Assembly (NCBI GenBank): GCA_051294375.1
Contig: CM119270.1
Location: 576,721-631,986, forward strand
Origin: Paraspadella gotoi
Lineage: Eukaryota > Animalia > Chaetognatha
DNA length: 55,266 nt
Reading direction: 5' to 3'
Shown here: piece by piece, positions 40,089-52,296 of the stretch
Numbering within the stretch: the stretch's first letter is position 1
How the letters are laid out: every line of letters begins with the position of its first letter
Translations under genes and position numbers: made by a program
Notes under the pieces: model-generated
Told to the model about the DNA's origin: nothing
Database searches by the model: none
What the model saw: only the letters and a program-made list of their open reading frames with translations

Positions 40089-40435
40089 TTGATAATATTA
40101 ATAATAATAATGAAAATAATAATAATNNNNNNNNNNATAATAATAATAATAATAATAATCAATTAGTAGTGATAAATTATAATAATTTTTAAAACAACAA
40201 AATTGTCTTGCCTAAAATGAAAAGCGGTAACTTAGGGAGTAGACACCAATGAGAAGCGAATTCTGTCTGGACGAGAAGCGGAAAGCGGAAAACGGAAAGC
40301 GGAAGGCAAAAAAAGCGTCGACGCCAAAAATCTCCTCATTTCCGAGAAATTGGCGCATTTCCCGGAAATAGGAACCGAAAATAAGAGCCGATCCGTTAGA
40401 GCTTTAAGTTGCCGAAAACACGACTGACTCTAAAT

Positions 40436-40477
<42 letters not shown>

Positions 40478-40666
40478 CCATCTCCATTAGTATACTCGTC
40501 GAGTCATAATGCCTCCCCGCATGGGAATTGTTTCCTTTTCATTTCACTTTGATGGACTTTTGATGGAACTTTTGATGGAACTTTTCATTTCTCATTTTGT
40601 CCCAGAAAATGTTGACTCGCGAAATGAAAATTTTACGAGCGGAGAGTTCAAGAGCCTGAGATTATT

Positions 40667-41095
40667 TTTAGTACGAGAGTAGCGAATCTGAGACGGGTAG
40701 TTCTTTGTTTGTTTTTTTTTAATAAAAAGACCCAAATGAACAAACAAAAAGACGTTAATAAAAATAAAAAGGAGTAAAATATGCAAACTATCATCGCAGA
40801 GGAATCAAGACTCCAGAATCGAAATCGGATCAACGGATTGATTGAAGCCCACCGGGAATACAATGGAACATTCTCATTGGTCGAAAGACAAATGGCACCG
40901 GCCAATGAACAAATGGTCGGGAAATTTTACCCTTACCTCTGATCCGTTTGGGCTGTATAAAAGGGAACCGAATTCTGTATTGATTCACTCTGCCTGGAAA
41001 TTGACACCGTCTTGTTCACTGTCTATTTTCTGAAGAAATAAAATCCACTTTGATTTCACTTAGAATTTCGCTTAGAAATCCGTCTTATTACTAAA
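40667..41095 (+). mobile_element. LTR-like unit (~430 bp)
   Basis: Inverted termini TTTAGTA (40667-40673) and TACTAAA (41089-41095). Internally ATTGG 40876, CCAAT 40902, TATAAAAG 40956-40963 and AATAAA 41037-41042 lie in U3-R-U5 order. A tRNA-complementary tract begins 3 nt after the 3' end. Confidence 0.55.
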
Positions 41096-41098
41096 TTG

Positions 41099-41141
41099 TG
41101 GTGGCAGTGGTGGGATTCGAACCCACGCCTCCAGAGAGACT
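41099..41141 (-). tRNA. 3' fragment of tRNA-Leu (variable arm, T arm, acceptor 3' strand, CCA); not a complete gene; extended primer-binding site on the + strand
   Basis: Reverse complement AGTCTCTCTGGAGGCGTGGGTTCGAATCCCACCACTGCCACCA matches the 3' part of metazoan tRNA-Leu(AAG/TAG). The 5' half is absent. Confidence 0.85.
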
Positions 41142-41938
41142 ATAACGCTAACAAACAAAAACTATAATAAGCTAGAATTCTCTAACAGACACTACATTAC
41201 AAGTCAAATTAAAGCATCTAACAAAAGAATACAACTTAATAAATAAATGTGTATGGTCCCTCAATACCCAATAGTAGATACTCTTCTTAGTTAAACATAT
41301 TCTAATAGCCAATTCTAACTTGTTTAATTAGGTAACTCCATCTACATTCAGATTTAGTTCATATATTTCTTATATTCCATTTTTAAATCCAATCTCTATT
41401 ATAACCATATTTAATTATTACAATCATGATTTCTTAGTTGTTTACTTTTTCGACTTGGGTGTACTATTACTATTACTATTACATCGAAACTTTTTTTAAA
41501 AGATTTTATTATCATTTTTATAATTATAATGATCAGTTCTGCTAAATAAAACAAACTACTTTTAATCTCATTTGCATATTGCAGTATGGTTTTTTTTTTT
41601 TTTTTTAATATTTCTAAGCTATAAAAACTAAACGAAAATAAACTTACCGCGAAAAATTAAATAAAAGGCGCACAAGAAATGTAAGAAAATGACTTTTAGT
41701 GGTGTCAAGGTTTTTAGGATTGGAAATCCATTACTGGTTTAGATACAAAGATAAAAATTTCAATAAACATTTTATAAGAAAATTGTTATTTCATTCGTGC
41801 GGGGGGGTGTATAAATACACCTCATAAAAATGTGTACAAATGCATTTTTATCTGGCACTTTTTAGGAGGTTCGCATCATTCGTAGAGTGCAGAACCCAAA
41901 AGATTAAAGTCTTAACGTTTAAAATGAGGGAATTAATC

Positions 41939-42060
41939 ATGAAATTGGTACAGCCAATACAAAATTTTTCATTCATTTAATAATTAAGCTTACTTTGGAC
42001 GGGCTTTGGTGGTTTAAGGACTCCATCAGTCTTACAAGTTTTCAATCAAGATTCTCTCAC
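41939..42060 (-). mobile_element. Copy of the same interspersed repeat as 45199-45352
   Basis: Reverse complement shares cttgtaaga.tgatg..g.ccttaaaccaccaaagcc.gtccaaagt...attattaaatgaatgaa...attgg.tgtaccaatttcat. Confidence 0.75.
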
Positions 42061-42598
42061 AGTCTCATTTATTCACACCCAGAGTACCTGGCTAATACTT
42101 CAAAGAATGTTTCACTTGTATAAAGGTCCAATCCCACAACTACTCCGCACAAGCATCAAAATAATAGGAGCTGAATTCTATTAAATTTCATGAAATTATG
42201 AAAGATTCTCTATATAACAGCACTATAAAATTGTTTATATACCTTTAAAACGTTAATCGATTGTTCAATGTTCAGTTCTGACAAGTTAAGTAAATTCATG
42301 AACAAACATTACGATAATGATAATGGAAAATCCTATTAGGCAATAAGATAATCTAAATAAGTATTTTTTTTTCCTTATTGTTCGGTCGCTTGCGTACACA
42401 AATATATTATTTTCTAAGTTCTTACAAAATTGTGGACCATAATATAAATGAAATAATATTACAAAATAATATTGTATTCAAATAATAGCTTTGAAATTGT
42501 TTCCTTATCAGTCCAACTCGAAATCCATTATGAACAAATATCGTTTTCGCTTCGATTAGTTTTTCATTGACTTCATTGACTGACGAGAATTCGACACT

Positions 42599-42638
<40 letters not shown>

Positions 42639-43370
42639 GTCTCTCTCTCTCTCTCTCTTCACCTCTCTCTCTCTCTCTCTCTCATCTTTTACGACACCCA
42701 AACAAAAACATGAATGACACTAAGACTGTGATTTTCCTTCGTCTCTTCCTTTTTCCTTCTTCATCTTCGCTAACATCATTTGTAAATATTTTTTTTATAT
42801 TTTTTTATCTTTGACTTGGCTTTACTTCTTAGGTCATTTATTAAGTCAATCACTCATTCATTTTTTTCATATATTGACTTATTTATCTATGTATTTATGT
42901 ATTTGTTCATTTACTATTACCTTTTGATTAATTTATTCAGTCAGTCTTTCATTTATTCATTCATTGAATCACTCATTCATTGATTCATTTATTCATTCAT
43001 TGATTCATTCATTCATTCATTCATTCATTCTTTTATTCATTCATCCACTTTCAATTTGTATTCTTCTCTTCCTCATTCATTTTTCTTTTCATTCTCCCTT
43101 TAGACAAACAGAGAGACAAACAGAAAAACAAACAGACAAAAAGACAGACAGACAGACAGACAGACAGACCGACAGACCAAAAACGGCCTGAACTCTCAAA
43201 TTTTGGAAACTCCCGATTTTTCAAAGGAGAACATTTTTTTTATTTCAAGGAGGAGAAGTTTAGGGGAAAATCAATTTGCATGTTCATGGGGTTGGGAATG
43301 TTTATACGCGGCTTGTGTGAGCGTTAATGAGAGAAGGGGCGAGAAGAGAGAGACAAGAGAGAAGAGAGAG

Positions 43371-43404
<34 letters not shown>

Positions 43405-44003
43405 GAGAGAGAGAGAAGAGAGAGAGAGAGAGGAGAGAGAGAGGAAGAAAAGTTTTGGCTGCTCTGATTTTGCTCGGGGGAAGTGTTTGTTTGGCTCACG
43501 GCGAGCGGGTGTGACATGGGACATGGTTCATTTGCATGTTTCGATTTTAGAGAGAGCGCCCCTAAAAAAAAAGATTCGTGGCATCCGAAGAGTCGGAATC
43601 TTTATTCATCGTCGATAAAGAGTAAAATCATTCATCAATTTTTGGCGGCAAAATTCGATTCGTAAGAAGGAAAAACCCCTGGCATCAAAATTAGAAACTA
43701 AATTCTGGCGCCACATTTAGAAAAAACGGCGCCGGTTGGGGAAGAAAAGCGGCGTCGTGATACCGACGTGAAACGAGAACCGGCTCCGGGGGGGGGAATT
43801 CCATCGAAATCGGCGCCACGAGGGAACGAGAATGACGCGGAACAACGCCCTCTCTCGATGTTATGAGAATTATAATAGTGGTTTAACAATTATGTATTTT
43901 ATAATTTAAAATTTTCACTTCCTTTCTATATTTTCCAATTTTTTACAATTATTATTCTTTCTCCTCACTCACTCTCTCTCTATCTCTCTCATCTCGTCTC
44001 TCA

Positions 44004-44064
<61 letters not shown>

Positions 44065-44155
44065 ACTCTCCCATGGCTCTGATAGCATCTTTTCCCAATT
44101 TCAAAATTAATCTCATTTCGAGCGGAAAAAAGGTAAAAAAGAAAAGAAAGAAAAC

Positions 44156-44187
<32 letters not shown>

Positions 44188-44291
44188 GAAAGAAAGAAAG
44201 AAAAAAAAAAGAAAAATATAAATGAATATGAATGAATGAGAATGAAATGAATGAATGAATGATAATATAAATAAAATAAATAAATAAATAA

Positions 44292-44322
<31 letters not shown>

Positions 44323-44569
44323 AAAATTAAATAAGAAAAGAAAACAAAACAAAAGAAAACAAAAGAAAACAAAAGAGAAGTCAAGTCAATGAGTTCGAAA
44401 AAGGAAATTTTGTTCCTTTGTTTTTCTCCTGAGAGACTCTGGCGGTGGAAGAGGGAAACAATCGACGTCGTTGTTGTTGTTGTTGTTGTTATCGTCTCCT
44501 GATTGTCGAATCCATTTGAAGAATCAATCATAACAAAAATGATAAAGACGACGTTTTAACGGAGAAGGA

Positions 44570-44631
<62 letters not shown>

Positions 44632-44833
44632 TCTCGAAACTAAAACGAATGTATGAGTGAAATATTTCCAAATATGATAAATTTTACTAACATTGGTTGT
44701 TCCCAGTTTTATTAGATCCTAAAATTGTTCAGTCTTTATTAATATTTAGGTTACTATTAGTTTTTTGCACTATTTATGGTTAGTACAAAGCTTTCGTTAT
44801 TGCGCTGAGCGGCTTATTCGTTGCAGTTTTCAG

Positions 44834-44912
44834 CTTTCGAATTTTCATTGGTGTTGTCGTCGTCGTCTTCGTCGTCGTCATCATCTCTACATGTATTAAA
44901 TATTTGCTCTGA
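44834..44912 (+). CDS. Candidate terminal exon encoding a Val-rich hydrophobic C-tail
   Basis: ttttcag| acceptor, FRIFIGVVVVVFVVVIISTCIKYLL*, then AATAAA at 44926-44931. An antisense Asp-rich ORF is an alternative reading. Confidence 0.4.
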
Positions 44913-45042
44913 TGTTTCTAACAAAAATAAATCTGGCGAGAAAATCCCGTCCTCGAAAGAGAAAATGTTTTTCTGTTTTTCTCTTGTTGTTTTTCTTTCT
45001 GTTTCTTTCCTTTTTTTTTCCTTTTCGTTTTGTTTATTTTGA

Positions 45043-45112
45043 TCGCGAGAAATGTTTTGAAAAATTGGCGCCAAACTGAAAGACGCGGGAAAAAGGAAGA
45101 TGACGCCATCTT
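45043..45112. promoter_or_regulatory. Promoter-like motif cluster (TCGCGAGA, E2F-type TTGGCGCCAA and GCGGGAAA, YY1-type CGCCATCTT)
   Basis: Four CpG-containing promoter motifs within 70 bp in an AT-rich background. Confidence 0.35.
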
Positions 45113-45198
45113 TGTTTCCTTCAGAATCTCTCGCCTTTTAATTCTCTCTTCTCTCTTATATGATGTCTAATATGTCTAATATGTCTAATATGTCTAAC

Positions 45199-45352
45199 AT
45201 GTGAGAAAAGCTTGCAGGGACCTGCTATATCATTATCTTGTAAGAGTGATGAAGGCCTTAAACCACCAAAGCCTGTCCAAAGTCAGGGGCAAGATAGCTT
45301 GATTATTAAATGAATGAATAATTTTTATATTGGTTGTACCAATTTCATTTCA
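45199..45352 (+). mobile_element. Interspersed repeat ending in (TTTCA)n, inserted in or flanked by an (ATGTCTAAT)n tract
   Basis: Three copies in the window share the same 3' end and differ in 5' extent. ATGTCTAAT repeats lie on both sides (45163-45198, 45352-45385). Confidence 0.7.
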
Positions 45353-45597
45353 TGTCTAATATGTCTAATATGTCTAATATCTAATTAAAAAACTAGGGCA
45401 GAAACTAACTTTTAACTTTGTGTTATATAGATGCTCCCTCTATTTGCAGAAGACAACATCCCTCTCCACATTACGTTATAAAAGAATATACTTTATTAGA
45501 AAGAATATAATTAAATATAATATATAGTGAAATTTATTACAATTTTTACATTAATTTTTAAATTTTAATATAATTTAAAAATAAAATATAAATCTAA

Positions 45598-45655
<58 letters not shown>

Positions 45656-45897
45656 TCTTCTTCATCTTCTTCCTTTTCATTTTTCAAAATTAAAAAAGTC
45701 TCTTTTTGCGGAATATAGCATTTTTTTATATTTTAAAGAATGAAGGCTAAAAATAGAAATAAAAAATTCTCAGAAATTCGGTAAAAAAAAGAAAAGCGAA
45801 AGAATCGATTAATTTTTTGGGTAAATAATGGAAAAAAGGAAAATAAAGGGTTTAAGAAATAGATTTTTGAAACCCTAAATACCTTAAGGGGACTAAA

Positions 45898-45952
<55 letters not shown>

Positions 45953-46075
45953 AGAAGAGAGAGAGAACCTCGGTTCTCTGTCATGCTCTTTCTGTCATCC
46001 TCTCAACCAAATTTTGTCATATCTCAACCTCTTAAATTGTCATGTCGCAGTCGAAAAATTCATAGGGCATCTTTT

Positions 46076-46564
46076 TTATGCTCTTCTTCTTCCTCCCTTT
46101 CTTCCTCTTCCTCTTCCTGATCTTCTTCCTCTTCCTCTTCCTTCTACCTTTAATTCTCCTCTTCCTCCTCTCCTTCTCTTCCACCTATTCCTCGTAATCT
46201 TCTTCCTCTTCCTCCTCTCATTCCTTCTCTTTCTTCCTTTCTTCCTCATCTTCTTCCTCTTCCTTCTCTTCCTTTCTTTCCTTCTCATCTTCTTCCTCTT
46301 CCTCCTCTCCTTCCTTCTCTTCCTCCCTTTCCTCCTAATCTTCTTCCTCTTTCTCCTATGCTTCCTTCTCCTCCTCCCTTTCTTCCTCATCTTCTTCCTC
46401 TTTCTCCTCTCCTTCCTTCTCTTCCTCCCTTTCCTCCTAACCTTCTTCCTCTTTCTCCTATGCTTCCTTTTCTTCCTCCTTTTCCTCCTCATCTTCTTCC
46501 TCTTTCTCCTCTCCTTCCTTCTCTTCCTCCCTTTCCTCGTCATCTTCTTCCTCTTACTCCTCAT
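46076..46564 (-). repeat. 51-bp purine minisatellite forming a 162-aa Arg/Lys-rich ORF (protamine-like composition)
   Basis: 17-aa unit RRKGRKRRKERRKRKKM, ATG at 46564 and TAA at 46078-46076. A strong acceptor (ttttctcttcag) lies in frame just upstream at ~46601. The repeat is certain; coding status is unproven. Confidence 0.6.
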
Positions 46565-46637
46565 CTCTACAGAAATCTCGCTTTTTAAATTCCCTTGGTG
46601 CTGAAGAGAAAATAAAATATAAAAGAGAAAAATGGAG

Positions 46638-46704
<67 letters not shown>

Positions 46705-46747
46705 ACAACACGCGCCTCTTGTACTTCTCGCACTGACTCGCTCTCAG

Positions 46748-46807
<60 letters not shown>

Positions 46808-47194
46808 TCCCTCTCTCCGCTCTTGGCAAAGCATCCCCATTATGGCGTCGATCGCCATTTTGAGATTTCATTTTATTTGGAAGGAAAGAAAAAAAATTAT
46901 GCGATATGCAGCCTTGATCCCGGTGCAGAGAGAGAGAGAGAGAGAGAACGAAACCCTCTCGGGCTCACACCCAAAATAATAAATAGAGAGCGAGAAACGC
47001 TAAAAAAATATTACTCGCTTATTTTGATTGTTTTTTGTCAGACATAAAAACAAAATTCCTCCATCTTGTTGTTGTTGTTATTGTTGTGGTTGTTTTCATT
47101 CTCTCTCGCCTCCCTCCCTCTCTTCTTTATCTGTACATATTTCTAAATACTTAACATTAACTCAGTCTCTCTTTATTATGTCTTTTTCTCATTT

Positions 47195-47225
<31 letters not shown>

Positions 47226-47754
47226 CTCCCTCCCCCTCTCTATCCCTCTCTCTCTTTCTCGTCCCATCTGCTTTTCAATTCGCGACTCTGTCTCCTTATT
47301 TTCATTCCTCATCTCTTTCCATCTCGATTCTCATCTTCATTCATCTCTAACCTATTTATCTCTTTGTCCCTCCTTTTTCCTCCTCCTCTTCTTCCTCCTC
47401 CTCCTCCTCCTCCCCCGGTAAGAAAAATAACGAGACTTTAAGGGAAAAAAGTTTTTTCTTAAAAAAAAATCCTTGCTTGTAGTCAGGCTAAAGATAAATG
47501 GTTTCAATCTCATTTGCATTTTAGCGTCTCTTTCCTGGAACCTCCGACGTTGCGCGGGAGAAAACGTGCTCTGATTTCTCTCTCTTCTCTCTTCATCTCT
47601 AAGGTGCTCGCGGAAGGATCGCAAACGAGATGGAGTCTTCTCTCTCGTCTTCTCTCTCTCTCTCTCTCTTTCTCTTCTCTCAAAAAAATTAATTATCCAA
47701 GGACACAGTAGCGAAGGATATTGTTTTTGCTCAAAGGTGAGAAAAGAAAAAGAA

Positions 47755-48500
47755 GACGAAATACATGATCGTTAAGAAAAGAAAAGAAGAAAAGAAAGAA
47801 AAGAAAAGAAAGAACTAAAAGAAAAAAAGAAAAGAAAAGCAAAGAAAAGAGAAGAAAAGAAAAGAAAAGCAAAGAAAGAAAGAAAAGGAAAGAAAGAAAA
47901 AAGAGAAACGAAATACATGATCGTTAAAGAAAGAAAAGAAGAAGAAAAGAAAGAACTAAAAGAAAAGAAAAGGAAAAGAAAAGAGAAAACGAAATACATG
48001 ATCATTAAAGAAAGAAAAGAAAAAAAGAAAGAAAAGAAAGAGAACAAATAATGTCGTAAAGAGAAGAAAAGAAAAGAAGAAGAGAAAACGAAATACATGA
48101 TCGTTAAAGAAAAAGAAAGAAAAAGAAAGAAAAGAAAGGAAAGAGAAAAGAAAAGAAAGAAAAGAAAAGAGAAAACGAAATAATTGATCGTTTAAAGAAA
48201 AAGAAAAGAAAAGAAAAGAAAGAAAGAAAAGAAAAGAAACTAAAGAAAAGAAGAAAAGAGAAAACGAATATCAATGATCGTTAAAGAAAAGAAAAAAAAG
48301 AAAGAGAAAGAAAGAAAGAAAAAATGACGAAAACAGAAGCAAAAGAAAAGAAAGAAAAGAGAAAACGAAATACATGATCGTATAGAAAGAAAAGAAAGAG
48401 AAAAGAAAGCAAGAAAACGAAATACATATGTCTTAGAAAGAAAGAAAAAAAGAAAAGAAAAGAAAAGAAAAGAGAAAACGAAATACATTGATCGTTTACG
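47755..48500. repeat. Compound minisatellite: about 10 copies of AACGAAATACATGATCGTT separated by variable (GAAAA)n spacers
   Basis: Copies near 47755, 47907, 47987, 48043, 48087, 48174, 48263, 48364, 48416 and 48477. Confidence 0.85.
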
Positions 48501-48672
48501 AAAAGAAAAGAAAAGAAAAAGAAAAAGAAAAAAATCCTGATCCTCATCAGTTGTTGTTGTTATTAATTGTCGTCGTTGTTATTGTCGTTTGATTTTATCT
48601 TATTTTTTTTCATTTTCTTACTTCGCGTTTCTCTGTTTTGTTTTCCTGTCATTTGTTTTTCTGTTTTGGTTC

Positions 48673-48760
48673 TTTTTAGTTGCGCGGACAGTACTCGTCA
48701 CTTTTCGATCGGTGGATCGGTAGGTCTGTCGGTCGCTATGTCTGTCTGTCGGTCTGTCCC
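48673..48760 (+). mobile_element. Degenerate Helentron/DINE-1-type (HINE) non-autonomous element end
   Basis: A T-run followed by AGTTGCG..., then a (GTCT/GTCG)n tract, the layout typical of HINEs. No far end identified. Confidence 0.35.
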
Positions 48761-49277
48761 ACTTACGTTAAAAATGCATATAATTTGCCTATAGTTGATT
48801 TCTCATTTGTTATAACATAAAAAAACCTCAAATCTAAGGGACGGCTAGCGCCGCCTTCAGGAAATCATAAAACTATAAGGAATAAAAGACGGAATTGTGC
48901 TGCAGCGCTTGTCAAAAATGGTCGGGCAAAAAAAGTTTTTTTAGTTATGTCAATTCGTGTCATGTCATGTCATATCATGTGATCAAAGGAAAATACACGT
49001 GAAAATAAAGACACTGCGGCGCAACACATTAGAATTTCCGTTTTTGTTTTCCTTTTTTTTGGTTTCCGGTCGTTTTTATGTTTTTGTCAACTTTTCTCTT
49101 TGTTGTCGTTGTTGTGATTCGATCATTTTATTGTTATTGTTGTCCCTCGACGGTCTGTCCATCATTAAGCCTTCCAATGCTTTCTTGGCTTGGGCGATTT
49201 CTTCTGCCGGATCTCGTCCTTGCCGCTCACTCTCTACATGCTCACTCTCTCGAGCATACCTCTCTCTCTCTCTCGTG

Positions 49278-49310
<33 letters not shown>

Positions 49311-50076
49311 TCTCATCTCTCCTGGGGCCTGTTCCTTTCTCATCACGTCTTCCTTATCCTGCTCTGCTCTCGCGGCTGCCTGTCTGCGTTGCCTATCTGC
49401 CGCCTCGCCGCGATTCCCATCTCTGATTCTGGTTTGTCAGTTCTTTCTCTTCTCCCCCTTCTCTCGTGTCTTCATCNNNNNNNNNNNNNNNNNNNNNNNN
49501 NCTCTCTCTCTCTCTCTCTCCCTCTCTCTCTCTCCCTCTTTTCATATTTGACGAATTAAAGACAAAATTGATGTTGACTTTTTCTGTGAAAATGAAAGAG
49601 AAATTGTGAGAGAAAACTGGAGATGATGTGAAAATTGAACGCGTGTCTATAAAGTGATTCAAATCAGAATTAAGATGNNNNNNNNNNNNNNNNNNNNNNN
49701 NNNNNNNNNNNNNNNNNNNNNNNNNNNNNNNNNNNNNNNNNNNNNNNNNNNNNNNNNNNNNNNNNNNNNNNNNNNNNNNNNNNNNNNNNNNNNNNNNNNN
49801 NNNNNNNNNNNNNNNNNNNNNNNNNNNNNNNNNNNNNNNNNNNNNNNNNNNNNNNNNNNNNNNNNNNNNNAATGAATCACGCAATAATGTGAAAGTAAAG
49901 CGTCCATCAATGTGAGAGCCGCCGTCCAATGCAATGAATTGTGAAAGGCTCTTGGACGTTGATATTGCGACAGCAGCATTGGAAAAATGAAAGATTCGTA
50001 GTGGGAAGTTTTTTGAGAGTAGGTTTACCGCTTTACAAATAAACNNNNNNNNNNNNNNNNNNNNNNNNNCTCTCTC

Positions 50077-50137
<61 letters not shown>

Positions 50138-50496
50138 GATTCACGTTCCCTTGCGCTTTCGTTCTTCATTTTCCAAGGAATTAATGTATTTTCTCCTCCT
50201 CCTCTTTCTCTTCCTCCTCCTCCTCCTTCTTCTCCTCTCTATTTAGGAAGTCAGAGCCCTTATTCGACTATGATTCGACTACCTCAAACGGTACAATGTA
50301 ATCATGATTTCATGATTTATGTATTCATGCTGCTTCATTTCATTAAATGCACTCCTGTTTTATTTCGGATCTACTTCTCCTCCTCTCTAAACTCCTCCCA
50401 CTTACTCTCCTAATTATGATTTCATTACGGAAAAGGACTAACCAATTTCATCTTCAGCAAACAACAAAGATATAGACAAATTCATACGGATGAATC

Positions 50497-50895
50497 CAAT
50501 GCATGAAATTCATAACACTAAAAAAATAAAACGGGTTAAAAGAAATATAAAGAAACAACTTGCAATGCGTTAACAAGTCATTACTTGATTCGATGAGTCT
50601 TTTGTCTCAGAAAAAATTGTCATTGTAATGGAATTCACTTCTCAGATCATTTTATGAAATCAGTTGATGAGATCCTTTAGAGATGAATTATTTAGTTGAA
50701 CAATGCATGAATTCATTACACTAAAAAATAAAACGGAGTAAAGAAATATAAAGAAACAAACTGCATATGGTTAACAAGTTATTACTTGATTCGATGAGTC
50801 TTGTCATTTCATTGTAATGAATTCACTTCTCATATTCATTTATGGAATCACGTTTGATGAGATCCGTTTAGAGACGAATTATTTTTAGTGAATCA
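50497..50895. repeat. ~200-bp tandem duplication, 2 copies
   Basis: caatgcatga...acactaaaaaataaaacgg...ttacttgattcgatgagtc starts at both 50497 and 50701. Confidence 0.85.
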
Positions 50896-51085
50896 ATGAT
50901 AGGAATGAATCCACTTTTCAGATTCATTCGTAAATTCCAATACTACGAGACCAGTTTGAAAATTTTTAATAAACAATCATCACAAAGACAATCCTTAGTA
51001 TAAATTATTTTGATAAATTAAAACAGAGTAAATTAAAAAAAATTTTGTAAAAATTTGCGAATGAAATTAAACATATTTTTCATCT

Positions 51086-51142
51086 GGAGTTGAACCCGGG
51101 CATTGCGACGTCACAATTAAACGGTTAACCGTGTGCTCCACC
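51086..51142 (-). mobile_element. tRNA-derived SINE head (degenerate Pol III A and B boxes)
   Basis: Minus strand reads GGTGGAGCACACGGTTAACC...CCCGGGTTCAACTCC. A- and B-box-like motifs sit at tRNA-like spacing without a full cloverleaf. Confidence 0.5.
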
Positions 51143-52194
51143 TTAAGGCAGGGATCACTCAATCTTATAATTGCAGAAATCTAAATTTAGGTGTATCCTT
51201 TAATACCTCCCTCGCATCCCTTCTGAGATGTTTTCTGGAGAAATAAATCGAGATCTTTCCCTTATGCACTTAGAATGCCCAACCTATTTTAGCAAAATTT
51301 TTTTATTCGGTAAGCCAAGATTTTCGAGTCGAAAACTGATTTCTTCCGGTAAGCTCAATTTCTCAATAATTTTTTTTCGGTAAAACTTATATTTTCAAGA
51401 AACTTTCAAGACTTAAAAAATATAATTAAATTCTACAGACTCTTTTTTTGTGGAACTCACTCAGAGCTGTAACATTAATCAGATGTCCTCAATAAACTTT
51501 CAAACATGAGCAGATAAATAAAAATCAAATAATTTAAGCCACCTGTATAATTAAACTTTCCTATTAAGAGAATTCAGTATAATTGTAAGTATAATATTGT
51601 AATTTAGTTAAAAAAAATCAGAATCAATTAGTGTAATTTTTATTAATTAAAAAACATTGTTCTGGCAATCAGAATATTCGATTCTTTTTGATGGCATATA
51701 AAAACTGGCAATCCAATGAATCTTGAACACTGCTTGTCTTGAGTCTTTACACAATTTCACAACGGGCTTTTGGATTCAGAAATCTCTAGGGAACTGCCAT
51801 GTGTTAGATAGGAAAAGCAGCTAATGGCGTTGGACCCACTAGTAGTAACCCTATCTTCTTTTACTATAACATTACGGGTTTAGGCAGCCGGACTGACTAT
51901 AAGACGTACGTATCGTGAATTCGTGTCGAATCTTGAAGAGTACAGTACAGACTAATCTTGTTGACGGACAAAAAAGTAAAAACGAAGAGTTGCAGCTAAA
52001 ACCGATTGGATGCACGTTTTAAAAAAAATATTCTTCTACAAAAGAAAAGAAGGTGGGCGGATTCTTGAGCCGGTTTTTTAGAAACCTTTTTCATTTCAAA
52101 TATATTCAAGGGAATAACATTGAAAATTTGAACATAAATAATTTAATATTTCTATGAAGGAATACGAATTTCAAAAAAAAAAATCTTTCATAGA

Positions 52195-52296
52195 ATTGGA
52201 TGTCGCGTGGACCTAAAAAAAATTCCTGTATTATTCATTGGAATCGGCTGTTCCGTTTGGCTGCAACTTAACAGATAGGTTCTTTTTTATATGTAT
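52195..52296 (+). mobile_element. Possible non-autonomous Helitron-like element end
   Basis: ttcattggaatcggctgttccgtttggctgc...acagatag...ttttatatgtat resembles the 'aatcgg...cgttt...acagac...tttatata' layout of invertebrate non-autonomous Helitrons. Confidence 0.3.

Noticed and set aside
40279-40305. ETS-site cluster (four CGGAA)
   Set aside because: The 7-bp periodicity is explained equally well by a micro tandem repeat, and no linked gene is evident.
47755-48500. CRISPR-like repeat-spacer array
   Set aside because: The spacers are low-complexity, related to each other and irregular in length; there are no cas genes and the context is eukaryotic.
50660-50885. Hammerhead ribozyme / retrozyme in the 200-bp tandem repeat (TGATGAG...CGAA)
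   Set aside because: The core lacks CUGAUGA and GAAA, and stems I-III cannot be built.
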